A stretch of 64,000 nucleotides of DNA, from the IMG/VR virus record IMGVR_UViG_3300011960_000019; one strand, given 5' to 3'. How positions within the stretch are numbered: the first letter of the stretch is position 1; the number at the start of each line of letters is the position of its first letter. Of the stretch, positions 18,323 through 28,648 are shown piece by piece. The position numbers were made by a program, and so were the translations under genes. This DNA comes from a virus (taxonomy: Duplodnaviria; Heunggongvirae; Uroviricota; Caudoviricetes). Below the pieces are notes generated by a model. That model did not search any database. It saw only the letters and a program-made list of their open reading frames with translations, and was not told the DNA's origin.

Positions 18323-18423
18323 TTTCCGTATTATCACCAACAAGAAAACAAATTGGTTACTAATACGGAATTACCATCCGTAGAAGTACAAAGTGACAAC
18401 GCCACATAGTTGTTCGGCAACGG

Positions 18424-18813
18424 ATGAGAAGGAGATCGGGAATGAAAAATTACAGCGAGATGACGGACTTTGAGATTAACTGCCTAGTCGCGGAAGCCAC
18501 CGGCCATCGACCGCTTATCTCACAATATGGCTGGAAAGGCTCACAGGAAGGCGATTACACCGCAGTAGTCGCCATCGGCCCGAACGGAGCCGGAACCTTC
18601 GACTGGTGTAACGATCCGGAAGATGCGTGGGACATTATTTACCGACACAGAATCGGCGTAATCCCCGCCAGACAGCCAGGTGAGTGGAGAGCGGCCCACA
18701 GAAAGGTGGATAGCTCAACGCCACAACATCTGATCCAGAACCCTAACCCTTTCAGAGCGGCAATGACCGTGTTCCTTTTAATGCAGGAGAAAAAGCGTGA
18801 AGAAACTGTATGA
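18424..18813 (+). CDS. hypothetical protein
   Basis: ORF track. Preceded by a copy of the conserved leader cassette (18326-18360). Confidence 0.4.
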   Translation: MRRRSGMKNYSEMTDFEINCLVAEATGHRPLISQYGWKGSQEGDYTAVVAIGPNGAGTFDWCNDPEDAWDIIYRHRIGVIPARQPGEWRAAHRKVDSSTPQHLIQNPNPFRAAMTVFLLMQEKKREETV

Positions 18814-19207
18814 CGCGGCCAACGCTGCGCTGGATGTCGTGGATACCGAAATTGCCCAGGGCTTCCCGGAGCCAGAATGGGCGACGCAGCTGCGTGAGGC
18901 AATTGCAGAGATGAACGCACCGGAACCTTCAGAAGATGAAGCCGACTGGCAGCGTTTCATCAGAATGTACGCGGAAGAGATTGGCCCGACGCCAACCGCT
19001 GAACAGGCCATGCTGCTCAAGTACTTCAAGGAGGCTGGAGAGAATCTGCCGGTTGATGATACACCGCACTGGTTTCACGCCGCCTGGCGTAAGTTCGACG
19101 TGATCTACACCCGCGGTCTGGGAAGCAAAGATATGGTCGTCTGGCATCTGATGCACATTGATAAAGCTGTAGACCGCACGCTGGAGAAGTTCTTTCCTCC
19201 AGCCTGA
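18797..19207 (+). CDS. hypothetical protein (136 aa)
   Basis: ORF track. Overlaps the previous stop. Confidence 0.4.
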   Translation: MKKLYDAANAALDVVDTEIAQGFPEPEWATQLREAIAEMNAPEPSEDEADWQRFIRMYAEEIGPTPTAEQAMLLKYFKEAGENLPVDDTPHWFHAAWRKFDVIYTRGLGSKDMVVWHLMHIDKAVDRTLEKFFPPA

Positions 19208-19275
19208 ACACAATGATTGTGCGCCGCATGGCGCACATTAATATAAATAAGTACTTACCAACAAGGAGAAATCAC

Positions 19276-19551
19276 ATGAAGATTTTGGTTCGCATTTCAG
19301 CCAGCACCGACTATGACGTTTACCCGTTGTTCATGGTCAAGAGTGATGGGCTGAACGATGAAGAAATTCAATCGGCAATTGAGCGCAATCTCGTTGAGTA
19401 CACTGGCATGGATGCAGATTCTGTGTATGTCGATGATGACGGTGTTTGTTGGCACAACGGTAGTTGCTGGTACGTCGACGACACGATGCCGGTAAGCGAT
19501 GAAGACGCGGCTCATCTTGAGCGTATCTTAGGCATCAGCACTTTTGAGTGA
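19276..19551 (+). CDS. hypothetical protein (91 aa)
   Basis: Internal Met with RBS aaggag. Palindrome-family motif at 19248-19259 upstream. Confidence 0.4.
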   Translation: MKILVRISASTDYDVYPLFMVKSDGLNDEEIQSAIERNLVEYTGMDADSVYVDDDGVCWHNGSCWYVDDTMPVSDEDAAHLERILGISTFE

Positions 19552-19591
19552 TATTTACAGCAAAAAATGTATAAGTTAGTATCTACCTATC

Positions 19592-19771
19592 ATGAAAACT
19601 GTATTAGACACTTTATTACTTATTGTCTCGATAGCTTTTGTGCTCGATTGCATCTTCACCGGAGCAATCCGTAAGGCGCTGGCGCCTGTTAATGGCGCGA
19701 TGGTTAATGCGCTGGCCGTAGTGCTAGTATTCGACTCAGCATTCGGCGTTATCAAAGGAGTCGTGGCATGA
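19592..19771 (+). CDS. small membrane protein (59 aa, two predicted TM helices), below the track's size cutoff
   Basis: Translated by hand as MKTVLDTLLLIVSIAFVLDCIFTGAIRKALAPVNGAMVNALAVVLVFDSAFGVIKGVVA. Its stop overlaps the next start (ATGA). Confidence 0.4.
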   Translation: MKTVLDTLLLIVSIAFVLDCIFTGAIRKALAPVNGAMVNALAVVLVFDSAFGVIKGVVA

Positions 19772-20103
19772 AGAAACTAGCCCTGGCTCTGGCGCTGCTC
19801 TCCCTCCCTGTATACGCGGACACGCACGTCTATGAGTGTGAGATGTCAGTGGCCGAAGTGAAAAACGACGTGATCCGCAATGTCGTCAAAGCCAGCTACG
19901 GCGCGATGGTTGTGGACAGCGGCGAACAGTTTTATGTTGTGCGCGATGATCGCGTCCTGTCTTCCCCCTATCTCACCAAACGTAACGGCAAACTGTCTGG
20001 CGTGGGTGAAGATAAGTTCGTTTACAACAAATCAGGTGATGTCTACGGCGTTCACGCGAAGAACGCCAGCTACCTTTTCGATGACTGCAAGGAGGTTGGT
20101 TGA
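19768..20103 (+). CDS. secreted protein with signal peptide (111 aa)
   Basis: MKKLALALALLSLPVYA signal sequence. Confidence 0.5.
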   Translation: MKKLALALALLSLPVYADTHVYECEMSVAEVKNDVIRNVVKASYGAMVVDSGEQFYVVRDDRVLSSPYLTKRNGKLSGVGEDKFVYNKSGDVYGVHAKNASYLFDDCKEVG

Positions 20104-20315
20104 TGGCGGTTACACTGGCAGGTCTGGAAATCGAAAAAACAAGCGGCTACTGGCGTGCCAAAGGGTTTAAGCAACCCGGCGTGCTGGAGCGACTGGAACG
20201 TGAGGACGGTGTCATTGTCCACCAGCGTCGCGAATGGCGCATGTACGATCCGGAAACAGGTAAGCTCACGACGAAGGCCGGGACACTCTGGGGTCTGCTG
20301 AAGAAAATCCACTGA
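20100..20315 (+). CDS. hypothetical protein (71 aa)
   Basis: ATGA coupling to the previous gene. Confidence 0.35.
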   Translation: MMAVTLAGLEIEKTSGYWRAKGFKQPGVLERLEREDGVIVHQRREWRMYDPETGKLTTKAGTLWGLLKKIH

Positions 20316-20319
20316 CAAC

Positions 20320-20880
20320 CCTAACCACTGCGGTGAGTAGCCAGCTCACCGCGTGCGTATCCGGCCCATAACCACTGTAGTGAGTAAAACGCCTGCCGTG
20401 ACATCCGGTATCCACTGTAGTGAGTAAAGTGGCGATTATCGACGTCGCTATCCACTGTAGGGAGTAAACAGGCGTTCATCCGCAGCAAACAACCACTATA
20501 GAGAGTGATGGAATGCGTTCTCCAGCGGGTATCCACTATGGAGAGTAAACCTTCACTGTTTTCAGCGGATATCTACTCACTACAGTGGTTAGCAAATCCG
20601 GCCAACCGATTCTGCTCTCCACAGTGGATAGCCAATAACAACGGGAACAACGATAACCACTATAGAGAGTGGATTTAACAAGATACCCAGTGACCACTAA
20701 CCTCGCAGCCCTTGTTTCATCTGGGTTTGTAACCACTAACATTTATTTCGTTATTTGAGCGCTACTACCTACAGTGGTTACTCTTCGGTTGTTGTTACTC
20801 ACTACAGTGGATAGCGGATTTCAGATAAACAAAAGGCTCACTACAGTGGATAGTGAGCCTTTCTACTCTCTACAGTGGTT
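20320..20880. repeat. iteron array (about 14 copies of (A/T)CCACT(G/A)TAG(T/A)GAGTA in both orientations), incA-like copy-control locus downstream of repA
   Basis: Direct reading, e.g. aaccactgtagtgagtaaa, atccactgtagtgagtaaa, atccactatggagagtaaa, and reverse copies tactcactacagtggatagc. Confidence 0.8.
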
Positions 20881-20883
20881 GGG

Positions 20884-21948
20884 CTATTTGCGAGCTTTTG
20901 CCTTGCGTAGCTCTTCGAGAATCGCCAGTTCTTCCTTGCTCAACATGACCATCTCACCGTCTTTTTCTTCAGGAACAACATCGATGATGTCCTCCTGATC
21001 ATCACCAGGCAAGCTATCTTCCTGCTCTTCTGGTTCTTCCGGCGCAGCACTAGCTGGTGGCAATGCCGGGCGTAACTTCGGCCGCCTATAGTGGATGATG
21101 AAGTAGACCGAGCTGCCGCGCTTCACTTCGGTGTAATCGAGATAGCCGATCTCCCGCAGCTGCTCCATCGCCTTCCTGACTGTCGCGTTCTGGGTAATGG
21201 TGCGGCTGGTTAAGTTAAGTCTGGCGCGTAAGCGAGCCAACGAGATTGGTGCCGGGTCAGGTGGCAAACTTTCGATGAAGGTGTAGAGCGCCTGCGCGGA
21301 TTCTTTTCTGGAGAGTTCGTTAATTGCCCGGAGTTGCAGAAGAACCTTTTTGTCGAACTGGTAAAGTTCGAAAATCTTAGGATCAGCCTGCAGCGAGACC
21401 GTGTCGTTCTTTGTGCTGTACTTTGCTGTCTGCACAAGGTGCGTCACGTAATACTCATCAGAGCCTTTACTGCGGAATGAGATAGTGTTTGTGGCAATAC
21501 GAGTTAGAGAACTGTCCAGGCGCTTGCGTAACTTCGCGGACGATCTGGCCGTTGGTATGCCACAGAGCCTGACGAACTCGACGAACGGTAATGTGACAGT
21601 GTCGCCAACAACCTTGTGCTTGGCGAACGCGTGGATGATGCCTACCCACGTTTTGAAGTCGTTATCCATATCCAGACGAACGCCGGAGATCCTTATGTCC
21701 TCGTACCCTTCGGCTTTGGCCAGAGACAGCTGTTTGAGTTCAGCAGAGGCGTCCATAGAGACCATTTGCCCCTTTCTGCCCCTGGCGGTCGATTTCAGCG
21801 TCGGAACGAAGAGACCAAGACGCATCAGAGCAACGGGCTGAACTGTGTTGTTGGTGTTAGGAACTAACGTAACAACTTCACCGGTCTTTTTGTCTGTTTC
21901 TGAGAATGCTTCAACGATCGCTATGTTTTTATTGCCGTTTTCGCTCAT
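20884..21948 (-). CDS. repA: RepA-like iteron-binding plasmid replication initiator
   Basis: 354-aa protein flanked on both sides by iteron arrays. Acidic C-terminal tail. P1/IncY-type replicon architecture. Confidence 0.7.
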   Translation of the reverse strand: MSENGNKNIAIVEAFSETDKKTGEVVTLVPNTNNTVQPVALMRLGLFVPTLKSTARGRKGQMVSMDASAELKQLSLAKAEGYEDIRISGVRLDMDNDFKTWVGIIHAFAKHKVVGDTVTLPFVEFVRLCGIPTARSSAKLRKRLDSSLTRIATNTISFRSKGSDEYYVTHLVQTAKYSTKNDTVSLQADPKIFELYQFDKKVLLQLRAINELSRKESAQALYTFIESLPPDPAPISLARLRARLNLTSRTITQNATVRKAMEQLREIGYLDYTEVKRGSSVYFIIHYRRPKLRPALPPASAAPEEPEEQEDSLPGDDQEDIIDVVPEEKDGEMVMLSKEELAILEELRKAKARK

Positions 21949-21959
21949 TCCAAGTATCT

Positions 21960-22265
21960 CTTTTTATTCGACCGCTTTGGTGGCCTTTACTGATTACAGT
22001 GGATAGTAGCACTCATCGCAGCGGTTATCCTACCGCCTATAGTGGTTTTTCTACTCTCTACAGTGGTTGGTTTACTCTTCATAGTGGCTGATCTTCTCTC
22101 TATAGTGGATATCGATCCCCTCTAAAGCCATGTGGCACAACGGTTTGCGGGGTGCGGGGATCTTTTTGGGTCTTTGTGGGTCTCTTTGGTTCTCTTTGGG
22201 ATCTGAATTACTGGATCGGGCCTGTGTATAAAAATCAGGTAATTGCAAAACCAGCTATCACTCCC
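21960..22265. promoter_or_regulatory. origin module copy A: five iterons plus a GATC/GGTCT-repeat AT-rich stretch (oriR-like)
   Basis: Iterons at about 21985-22115 immediately upstream of repA, followed by ggggatctttttgggtctttgtgggtctctttggttctctttgggatctga...ggatcgg. Confidence 0.65.
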
Positions 22266-22384
22266 CTTCTGGGGATAATGTGTGGTCGAAACAAACACGC
22301 CTGAACGCAAAACTTCCAACATCTCTATGAATATCAGCCACCTGCGTAGAAAAACAGGCACTGAGTTATCCAGTTAAGACAATG

Positions 22385-22640
22385 TCTCCTACTCACTACA
22401 GTGGATACCGACCACTCTCCAGAGAGGTTGTTTTGCTCTTCATAGCGGTTATTATGCTCTCTACAGAGGTTACTTTCCTCCCCATAGTGGATAGTAACCC
22501 CCTCTCAGGCCAGTAACCGCAACGGCTGGAGACGATCGGGGATCTCTTTTGATCTTCTGTAGGATCTCTCTGGGGATCTAATTATTGGATCGGTCCTGTG
22601 AATAATGGGTATAAGTAAAACAGGCATTTGCAAACATCGG
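22385..22640. promoter_or_regulatory. origin module copy B (diverged duplicate of copy A with six intact GATC sites)
   Basis: Iterons at 22385-22500, then cgatcggggatctcttttgatcttctgtaggatctctctggggatctaattattggatcgg. The downstream flank aligns with copy A. Confidence 0.6.
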
Positions 22641-22691
22641 TGCGCCTTGTCAGTTATCGTTGCCCCGGACAAAACTATTTGAATAAGAATT

Positions 22692-23336
22692 ATGGATCTC
22701 AAACGCACGCGCTGGGTTCGCCGTCTTGAAGATGGCTCCTACACCATTGAATCGAACACTAGCCTGAACAAACAGAAGTTGCTCTGCGACCTGTGCGGCA
22801 TTGCGTCGAAGTGCCCGATTAACGAAACCAGGCTCAAACTCCACGACGCCGGTGCGCACTTCCACCTGAACAGCTGCATACGTTACGTGCCACTGCTGGC
22901 ATTTCGTAAACCGATCATCGGATTAGACGCTCCCTACTTCAACACACTCCGCTCTGGTGTAACATGGCGAGACCGTGTCGAACCTGGCAAGCTCGTTTGT
23001 CTGGTTGAGGCTGATACTGGAAATACCATCCGGTTCGGGAGAGTCGATAAGGTCTACTCCGGCCCGGTGGATGAGATGCTGCGGAAACACAGCCGGTTTA
23101 ACCATCTCTGCATGGGTGGAGAGAAGATCGAGAAGGTTGGCGAAGTGATCCGCAAATCCTACGGACACTTCCTGAACGACGACAGCCTTCTTACGGCCAT
23201 CTACATTCGCCATGTCGATCGGGAGTTCGATACGGAGTATCACAGTGCTGAAGAGTTGAATCTTGTCGACCCTCGCCCAAAAGCTGGGGTAATCGACATC
23301 AGCGTAGCGCGTCAGAAGCCCCCTGAGACGTTTTAA
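22692..23336 (+). CDS. hypothetical protein (214 aa)
   Basis: ORF track. Possible beta-barrel (ASCH/PUA-like) segment. Not confidently assignable. Confidence 0.4.
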   Translation: MDLKRTRWVRRLEDGSYTIESNTSLNKQKLLCDLCGIASKCPINETRLKLHDAGAHFHLNSCIRYVPLLAFRKPIIGLDAPYFNTLRSGVTWRDRVEPGKLVCLVEADTGNTIRFGRVDKVYSGPVDEMLRKHSRFNHLCMGGEKIEKVGEVIRKSYGHFLNDDSLLTAIYIRHVDREFDTEYHSAEELNLVDPRPKAGVIDISVARQKPPETF

Positions 23337-23411
23337 ACGTAAACTCATGGTTTTACCGGGGCATAAAATATGGTGTCTTAGAAAGACACTGAGAGCTTTA
23401 GGGATTAATAC

Positions 23412-23906
23412 ATGAGTGAATTTTATTCTAGGGCAGCAACTGTGGCAGACATGCCATTTATCATGAGTGAGTTCGAAGACGGCGCACGCAAGGGTCACTT
23501 CTACGAAGAGATCCTCACATCAAAGGGGGGTAAAACCTTTGAGAAGCAGACCAGGCTGGCCATCCAGACGAACGAGCAGGGCCAATACTCCGGGCATTAT
23601 ATCTACATCCTGCTGCGCCGTTCTGATGACAAAAAAGCAGGGCTAATCTGGTTCTGTGCCGCACTCGATCCAACCGGTGCGCCACGACTTGAACTCCGTG
23701 CCGTCAGTATCGTCAAAGAGCTGCGCGGGAAAGGCTATGGGTCAATGCTGGTGTCCGACATGATCGATTCAAACCCGAGCCAGCCGATGATGGCGAAGTG
23801 CTACGTCAAATCCTCGCAAATGGCCGACATGCTAAAACGCAGAGGTTTTCACCTTTTCGACACGTCACCCAAAGGCACGCAGATGCTGTTTCGCGATCCA
23901 AAGTAA
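23412..23906 (+). CDS. GNAT family N-acetyltransferase
   Basis: LELRAVSIVKELRGKGYGSMLV matches the acetyl-CoA-binding R-x-x-G-x-G/A motif. A terminator hairpin follows at 23908-23935. Confidence 0.65.
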   Translation: MSEFYSRAATVADMPFIMSEFEDGARKGHFYEEILTSKGGKTFEKQTRLAIQTNEQGQYSGHYIYILLRRSDDKKAGLIWFCAALDPTGAPRLELRAVSIVKELRGKGYGSMLVSDMIDSNPSQPMMAKCYVKSSQMADMLKRRGFHLFDTSPKGTQMLFRDPK

Positions 23907-23937
23907 AAAGCACCCCATATGAGGTGCTTCTGAAGAA

Positions 23938-24441
23938 TTAATCGCAAGTTGTTTTGCCAGTGCCGTCTGGGTATACGATGGATTCGCACGACTTGCCGTT
24001 CAAGAAGCTGTAGCTGCGAATAGTGCCGTCAGGATCGCGTTCTGTGTAGGACTCCAGCTTCTTCGGATCAGCGTTCTTACGGCGCACTTCTTTCAGCTCA
24101 TATTGGGCCTTGTACATCTCCTTGTAGGCTTCCTCTATGCGCTTCATCTTGATCTCCTTTGCCTCTTTGCTACCGAGATAAGCGGCCATTTCAAGATCAC
24201 AGTTGAAACGGATTTTTGGGAATGAAGGCGCGTATTTACCCATGACTTTGGTTAAATCATTGTCGTTGGAGACATAATAGGCATGGCTTCCACACAATTT
24301 GTCGGCTCTGTCTTGGGCAATAGCTACGCTTGAAGTGGAATAAATATCAACGTACCCGCCAGCTAACTTTTCATCTTGAGGCGGCTTTGGCACGCATCCG
24401 ATCAGAGCAATGGCCATCGTCCCTATAATTACGCGTTTCAC
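23938..24441 (-). CDS. lipoprotein (167 aa)
   Basis: Signal peptide plus lipobox MAIALIGC. Lower GC. Confidence 0.55.
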   Translation of the reverse strand: MKRVIIGTMAIALIGCVPKPPQDEKLAGGYVDIYSTSSVAIAQDRADKLCGSHAYYVSNDNDLTKVMGKYAPSFPKIRFNCDLEMAAYLGSKEAKEIKMKRIEEAYKEMYKAQYELKEVRRKNADPKKLESYTERDPDGTIRSYSFLNGKSCESIVYPDGTGKTTCD

Positions 24442-24669
24442 CGTCCGTTCTCCTTTTTCGTTTAGTTGTCATCAATGAGTGACTGCGATTATAGAGTGGC
24501 TTGTAACATTTAGAAATCTATGCCGCTTCATAAAATAGGTATTCACTTACTTATATATTTTGTCATAATCGTGTCCCTGTAGATTTTCTTCTGTGCCGTG
24601 TTGTCTGGGTTGATCGCCTCTCAAGCACGCTTAACATCTGTATCAAAATAACCACAAAGGAAAAGACAC

Positions 24670-25755
24670 ATGACATTGCCATACGGGGTGATATCAGATC
24701 CCCATTATCATCGTTGGGATGCTTTTGCGACAACAAACGCTGACGGGCTGAACTCTCGACTGGAGATCCAACTGGACGCCACGAAAGAAGCAGCCAAAGC
24801 CATGAAAGCTGCGGGCTGTAAGTACATGCTGGTGGCTGGTGATACTTTCCATGTTCGTGGTGCTATATCACCTTCCGTCCTGCATTTCGTGACCGAAACT
24901 TACGAGTGGATCATCAAAGAGTTGGGCCTCGAAGTGGTTATGCTGGCCGGCAACCACGACCTCGAAACCAACGATTCCGTATACAGCGCCAATGCAGCGG
25001 CCTCTCTGCGCTCAATCGGTGTGGAAATCGTCTGCGGCAAACGTCCTCACTCCATCAAAATGGGCGACGTTACCGTCCATCTGATTAGCTGGCGCAATAA
25101 CCACGCAGAGCTTATCAGCGACCTCAAAACACTGCGTTCCGGGCTGGATGGCGACAACCACGATGTCGTTGTGCATACCTCAATCAACAAAGCGATCCCC
25201 ACCATGCCTGATGTCGGCATCGACGCACAGGAACTGAAAGATATCGGCTTCCGTTTGTTGCTGTCCGGACACTACCACAACCACAAAGAAGTGCTGCCTG
25301 GAGTGGTTAGCATCGGGGCGCTGACGCACCAGAATTGGGGCGATGTTGGCTCGCTGGCTGGCTTCATGATCGTCAACCCTGACGGCACATTCACCCACCA
25401 CGAAACCTCCGCACCCAAGTTCGTCAACCTTGAGGACGATGTGGAAGACGACCAAATTCGCGGTAACTACGTGCGCTTCCGTGCCTTTGTGGAGAGCGAT
25501 GAAGAGGGCATCAAAATCCAGAACGTCCTGAAAACAATGGGCGCGAAGGGTGTCGTCTGCAACTTCATCCGCAAGGCATCGATGATGGAAGGCACTGCCA
25601 GTACTGCGGAGACCAGCAAAATAGACAGCCTGGGAGAGTCCGTCGCGGCGTACTGCAAGATCGTTCACGACACTGACGGCGGTTTCGACCTGAGCAAGCT
25701 GGACATGCTGTGTCAGGAGATCCTGACCGAAGCGGAGAGTGCGGAGGCAATGTGA
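24670..25755 (+). CDS. sbcD: SbcD/Mre11-like metallophosphoesterase nuclease
   Basis: Calcineurin-like motifs DPHYH, GDTFH, GNHD and GHYH in canonical order. Confidence 0.8.
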   Translation: MTLPYGVISDPHYHRWDAFATTNADGLNSRLEIQLDATKEAAKAMKAAGCKYMLVAGDTFHVRGAISPSVLHFVTETYEWIIKELGLEVVMLAGNHDLETNDSVYSANAAASLRSIGVEIVCGKRPHSIKMGDVTVHLISWRNNHAELISDLKTLRSGLDGDNHDVVVHTSINKAIPTMPDVGIDAQELKDIGFRLLLSGHYHNHKEVLPGVVSIGALTHQNWGDVGSLAGFMIVNPDGTFTHHETSAPKFVNLEDDVEDDQIRGNYVRFRAFVESDEEGIKIQNVLKTMGAKGVVCNFIRKASMMEGTASTAETSKIDSLGESVAAYCKIVHDTDGGFDLSKLDMLCQEILTEAESAEAM

Positions 25756-25796
25756 GTACGAGCCATTCTGGGAGCTTTCGGGACTTCATCTCCACG

Positions 25797-25988
25797 ATGA
25801 AAAGACTTGAACGAGGCCAGACGGTGATGTTCCACAAGCCCTACCCACCCAACGGAAACCCTGTGGCGTTTTATCTGGGAAGACTGAGCAAACAAGGCGT
25901 ACTGAAACGCCGATCTTTCCCAGCCCACACGGAGTTTCAACTGCGAAAAGGCCAGCATTTGAATCAAAAAGTTAGAGGCATTGTATGA
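25797..25988 (+). CDS. small protein between sbcD and sbcC (63-79 aa)
   Basis: Frame open from GTG at 25752 (overlapping the sbcD stop) or ATG at 25797. Its stop overlaps the sbcC start (ATGA). Confidence 0.4.
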   Translation: MKRLERGQTVMFHKPYPPNGNPVAFYLGRLSKQGVLKRRSFPAHTEFQLRKGQHLNQKVRGIV

Positions 25989-27901
25989 AATTTCTAAAGC
26001 TCCAGGTTGAGAACTTCATGGCGTTAGCCAGCGCCGAAGTTGAGTTAGACCAACGCGGTCTGGTGCTCATTCAGGGTGTTAACAGTGGCGACTCTTCCGC
26101 TGCCAGCAATGGCGCGGGCAAATCGACTTTGATGAACAGCCTGATGTGGTGTCTGTATGGCGAAACTGCGCATGGCGTCAAAGGTGACGACGTGCTCTCT
26201 ACAGGCCACGAGAAAAACTGTCGCGTGATGGTGACTGTTGAGGATGAAGGAAAGCGTTACGCCATCATTCGCCACCGCAAACACAAAGAGTTCAAGAACC
26301 GGCTGATCGTCCGTGGCGAAGACGGTGATATGACCAAAGGCAAAGACACACTGACGCAGGAGTTCGTTGAACGCCTGATTGGTGCATCGAAAGAGGTGTT
26401 CATGGCGTCCATCTACGCCAGTCAGGAAGCAATGCCAGATCTGCCTGGTATGTCCGATAAGAACCTCAAAACCATCGTTGAAGAAGCCGCTGGCGTCGAC
26501 CGGTTAACGCGAGCCTATGCCATTGCTCGCGAGCGTGCTAATGCAGCTGCCGCACGCATGGATGTTACCAAATCCAAAATGGACGCCTGTCTCACGCTTA
26601 TCGAGACCGCGCAGTCAGAGATTGAGGCGGCCAAAGCGTCCTCTGATAGTTGGGAACGCGATCGCGGCGAACGTCTGGACAAGGCCCGCGTCGATTTGGC
26701 TGGCGCGGAGGTAACGCTGTCTGAAGTCGTGATGGAAATTCGCTCGCTGCCGGAACAGATCCGGGATACGGAAAACGCGATTGCTGGCGAACGCAGCAAG
26801 CTGGCCTCCAAAGAAGAGCATGACGCCAAACTGCTGAAGGTGCGCGGTGCGATTACGGAGATCCGCTCAAGCATCCGCACTTCAGAAGCGGCACAGAACG
26901 AGTCGATGAACCGTGCTCGCTCGTTTAAAACCAAAGCAGAAGAGGTCAGCACAAAGGTCGGAGCACCTTGTGTTACGTGCGGAAAGCCCTACTGCGAAGA
27001 AGATTTGTCCACCGTGAAGGAGAGTTTCATTGAACAAGCGCGTAATGAGATCGGCCAGGCGCAGGCATCAGCAGCGGCAGTGGCTCAACACAAAGCTCGT
27101 CTTGAGAAAGCGCTCGGCATCGAGTCTGCACTGGTCGCAGCCACACCCGACGTCTCAGAAATCATCGCCAGAATCGAACGTCTGACCAATGAGTTAAGTG
27201 CATTACGCCATCGCGAACGTGAGGTCGCGGCCGTCGAAGCGATGGTGGCGCGGGCGCGTACTGACGTGAATCGCATCATGGCAGAGGTAAACCCATTTCT
27301 GGCTGTCATTAAGCGCCACGAAGACAACCTGGCTGCCAATAAATCTAATCATGCAGTACTTAAAAAAGAGTTAAAAAGCATTCAGGAACAGGCTCTGTTG
27401 CTGGAGAAAGCTCGCCAGGTTTACTCCCCAGCTGGCGTGCGTTCACACATCCTGACTTCTGTTACGCCTTTCCTGAACATCAGGACTGCGGAGTATCTCA
27501 ACACGCTGTCGGACGGCAATATCGTTGCCGAATGGTCGACAATGGAGACAACGAAGAAAGGCGAGTATCGCGACAAATTCAATATCAGCGTGACCAAAAC
27601 AGGTTCCAGCAAATCCTTCCAGATGTTGTCTGGTGGTGAGAAGCGTAAGGTACGCATTGCGTGCTCTCTTGCCTTGCAGGATCTGGTTGCCAGTCGTGCC
27701 AGTAAGAATATCGAGCTGTTTATCGGGGATGAAATTGACGACGCGCTCGACACTGCCGGTCTGGAGCGTCTCATGGGGATTCTGGAAGCCAAAGCGCGTG
27801 AACGCGGCACAGTGATGATCATTTCCCACAAAGAGATGAAATCGTGGTTCCGGGAAACCATCACAGTCGAAGTCAAAGAGGGTCGCAGCTATGTCGTTTA
27901 A
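25985..27901 (+). CDS. sbcC: SbcC/Rad50-like SMC-family ATPase
   Basis: Walker A NGAGKST. Long coiled coil with a CVTCGKPYC zinc hook. C-terminal signature LSGGEKRK and Walker B LFIGDEIDDALD. Confidence 0.85.
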   Translation: MKFLKLQVENFMALASAEVELDQRGLVLIQGVNSGDSSAASNGAGKSTLMNSLMWCLYGETAHGVKGDDVLSTGHEKNCRVMVTVEDEGKRYAIIRHRKHKEFKNRLIVRGEDGDMTKGKDTLTQEFVERLIGASKEVFMASIYASQEAMPDLPGMSDKNLKTIVEEAAGVDRLTRAYAIARERANAAAARMDVTKSKMDACLTLIETAQSEIEAAKASSDSWERDRGERLDKARVDLAGAEVTLSEVVMEIRSLPEQIRDTENAIAGERSKLASKEEHDAKLLKVRGAITEIRSSIRTSEAAQNESMNRARSFKTKAEEVSTKVGAPCVTCGKPYCEEDLSTVKESFIEQARNEIGQAQASAAAVAQHKARLEKALGIESALVAATPDVSEIIARIERLTNELSALRHREREVAAVEAMVARARTDVNRIMAEVNPFLAVIKRHEDNLAANKSNHAVLKKELKSIQEQALLLEKARQVYSPAGVRSHILTSVTPFLNIRTAEYLNTLSDGNIVAEWSTMETTKKGEYRDKFNISVTKTGSSKSFQMLSGGEKRKVRIACSLALQDLVASRASKNIELFIGDEIDDALDTAGLERLMGILEAKARERGTVMIISHKEMKSWFRETITVEVKEGRSYVV

Positions 27902-28637
27902 CTTGAGCCGAACGCAGTTTTTGCAGATGTTTGCCGTGATGCAGTCTATAAAGCTGATAAACCACCATACGGCAAAAGCAGCTGCGCCTGCACTTTTGTG
28001 GAAAAACGAAAACATCAATGACGACCAGTTCTCGGTATTAACCAGTCTGTTGTCATCGACTCCGTTGATGCCGAGTTTGTCTATGCTGCCGTCAGGAAGC
28101 ACTGCGCCGATCCTTATTAATCCATTTACGGAAGGTGGATATCTCCCACATTCTGGGCCGGGGTTCGTTGTGATTCCTGAAACCGGAACGCTGAACATCC
28201 AAGAAAATGCGCTCTTCAATGCGATGGAGACGCACATCAGCACCGCATTCACTAATCTGATTCGACACGCTAACGCACGCGCAGATCACGTTGCAATGCC
28301 GGGTGCTGCCTTCGCCAGCTTCTCTGTTGACTATGATCGGCACGCGCCAATCTCAAAGCGGGCGAAACTTTGCTTTTACGAGGAGGGATGTGAAGTAGCG
28401 GTTATTGAAGTTCTTCTCCCCCATGTATTCAGCGCGAATGAAACGGCTGCACGCCATCTGATCGACATCATGCGACATTTCATCGGTCAGAGCATGATTG
28501 ATGCAGACATTGCGGCAGGCGTTCTAACCAACGATAGCATTCATGTTGTTAGCGACATTCCGAAGCCGCCAACTCGCGAGCCGGAGAAGACACTTGAACA
28601 GAAACTAATGGAATGCCCAACCTGGGCTACGTGGTAA
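27891..28637 (+). CDS. hypothetical protein (248 aa)
   Basis: Overlaps the sbcC stop by 11 nt. Confidence 0.45.
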   Translation: MSFNLSRTQFLQMFAVMQSIKLINHHTAKAAAPALLWKNENINDDQFSVLTSLLSSTPLMPSLSMLPSGSTAPILINPFTEGGYLPHSGPGFVVIPETGTLNIQENALFNAMETHISTAFTNLIRHANARADHVAMPGAAFASFSVDYDRHAPISKRAKLCFYEEGCEVAVIEVLLPHVFSANETAARHLIDIMRHFIGQSMIDADIAAGVLTNDSIHVVSDIPKPPTREPEKTLEQKLMECPTWATW

Positions 28638-28648
28638 GGAGACGAAAA

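Noticed and set aside
20320-22500. Possible CRISPR array suggested by many short repeats
   Set aside because: The repeats are about 19 bp and irregularly spaced. They occur in both orientations, directly flank a RepA-like gene, and come with GATC-rich AT stretches. That makes them iterons of a replicon, not a CRISPR array, and no cas genes are present.
22122-22708. ORFs 22122-22361 and 22505-22708 (minus strand) in the origin region
   Set aside because: They overlap the GATC-rich repeat and iteron modules. There are no ribosome-binding sites, and the composition is that of repeat DNA.
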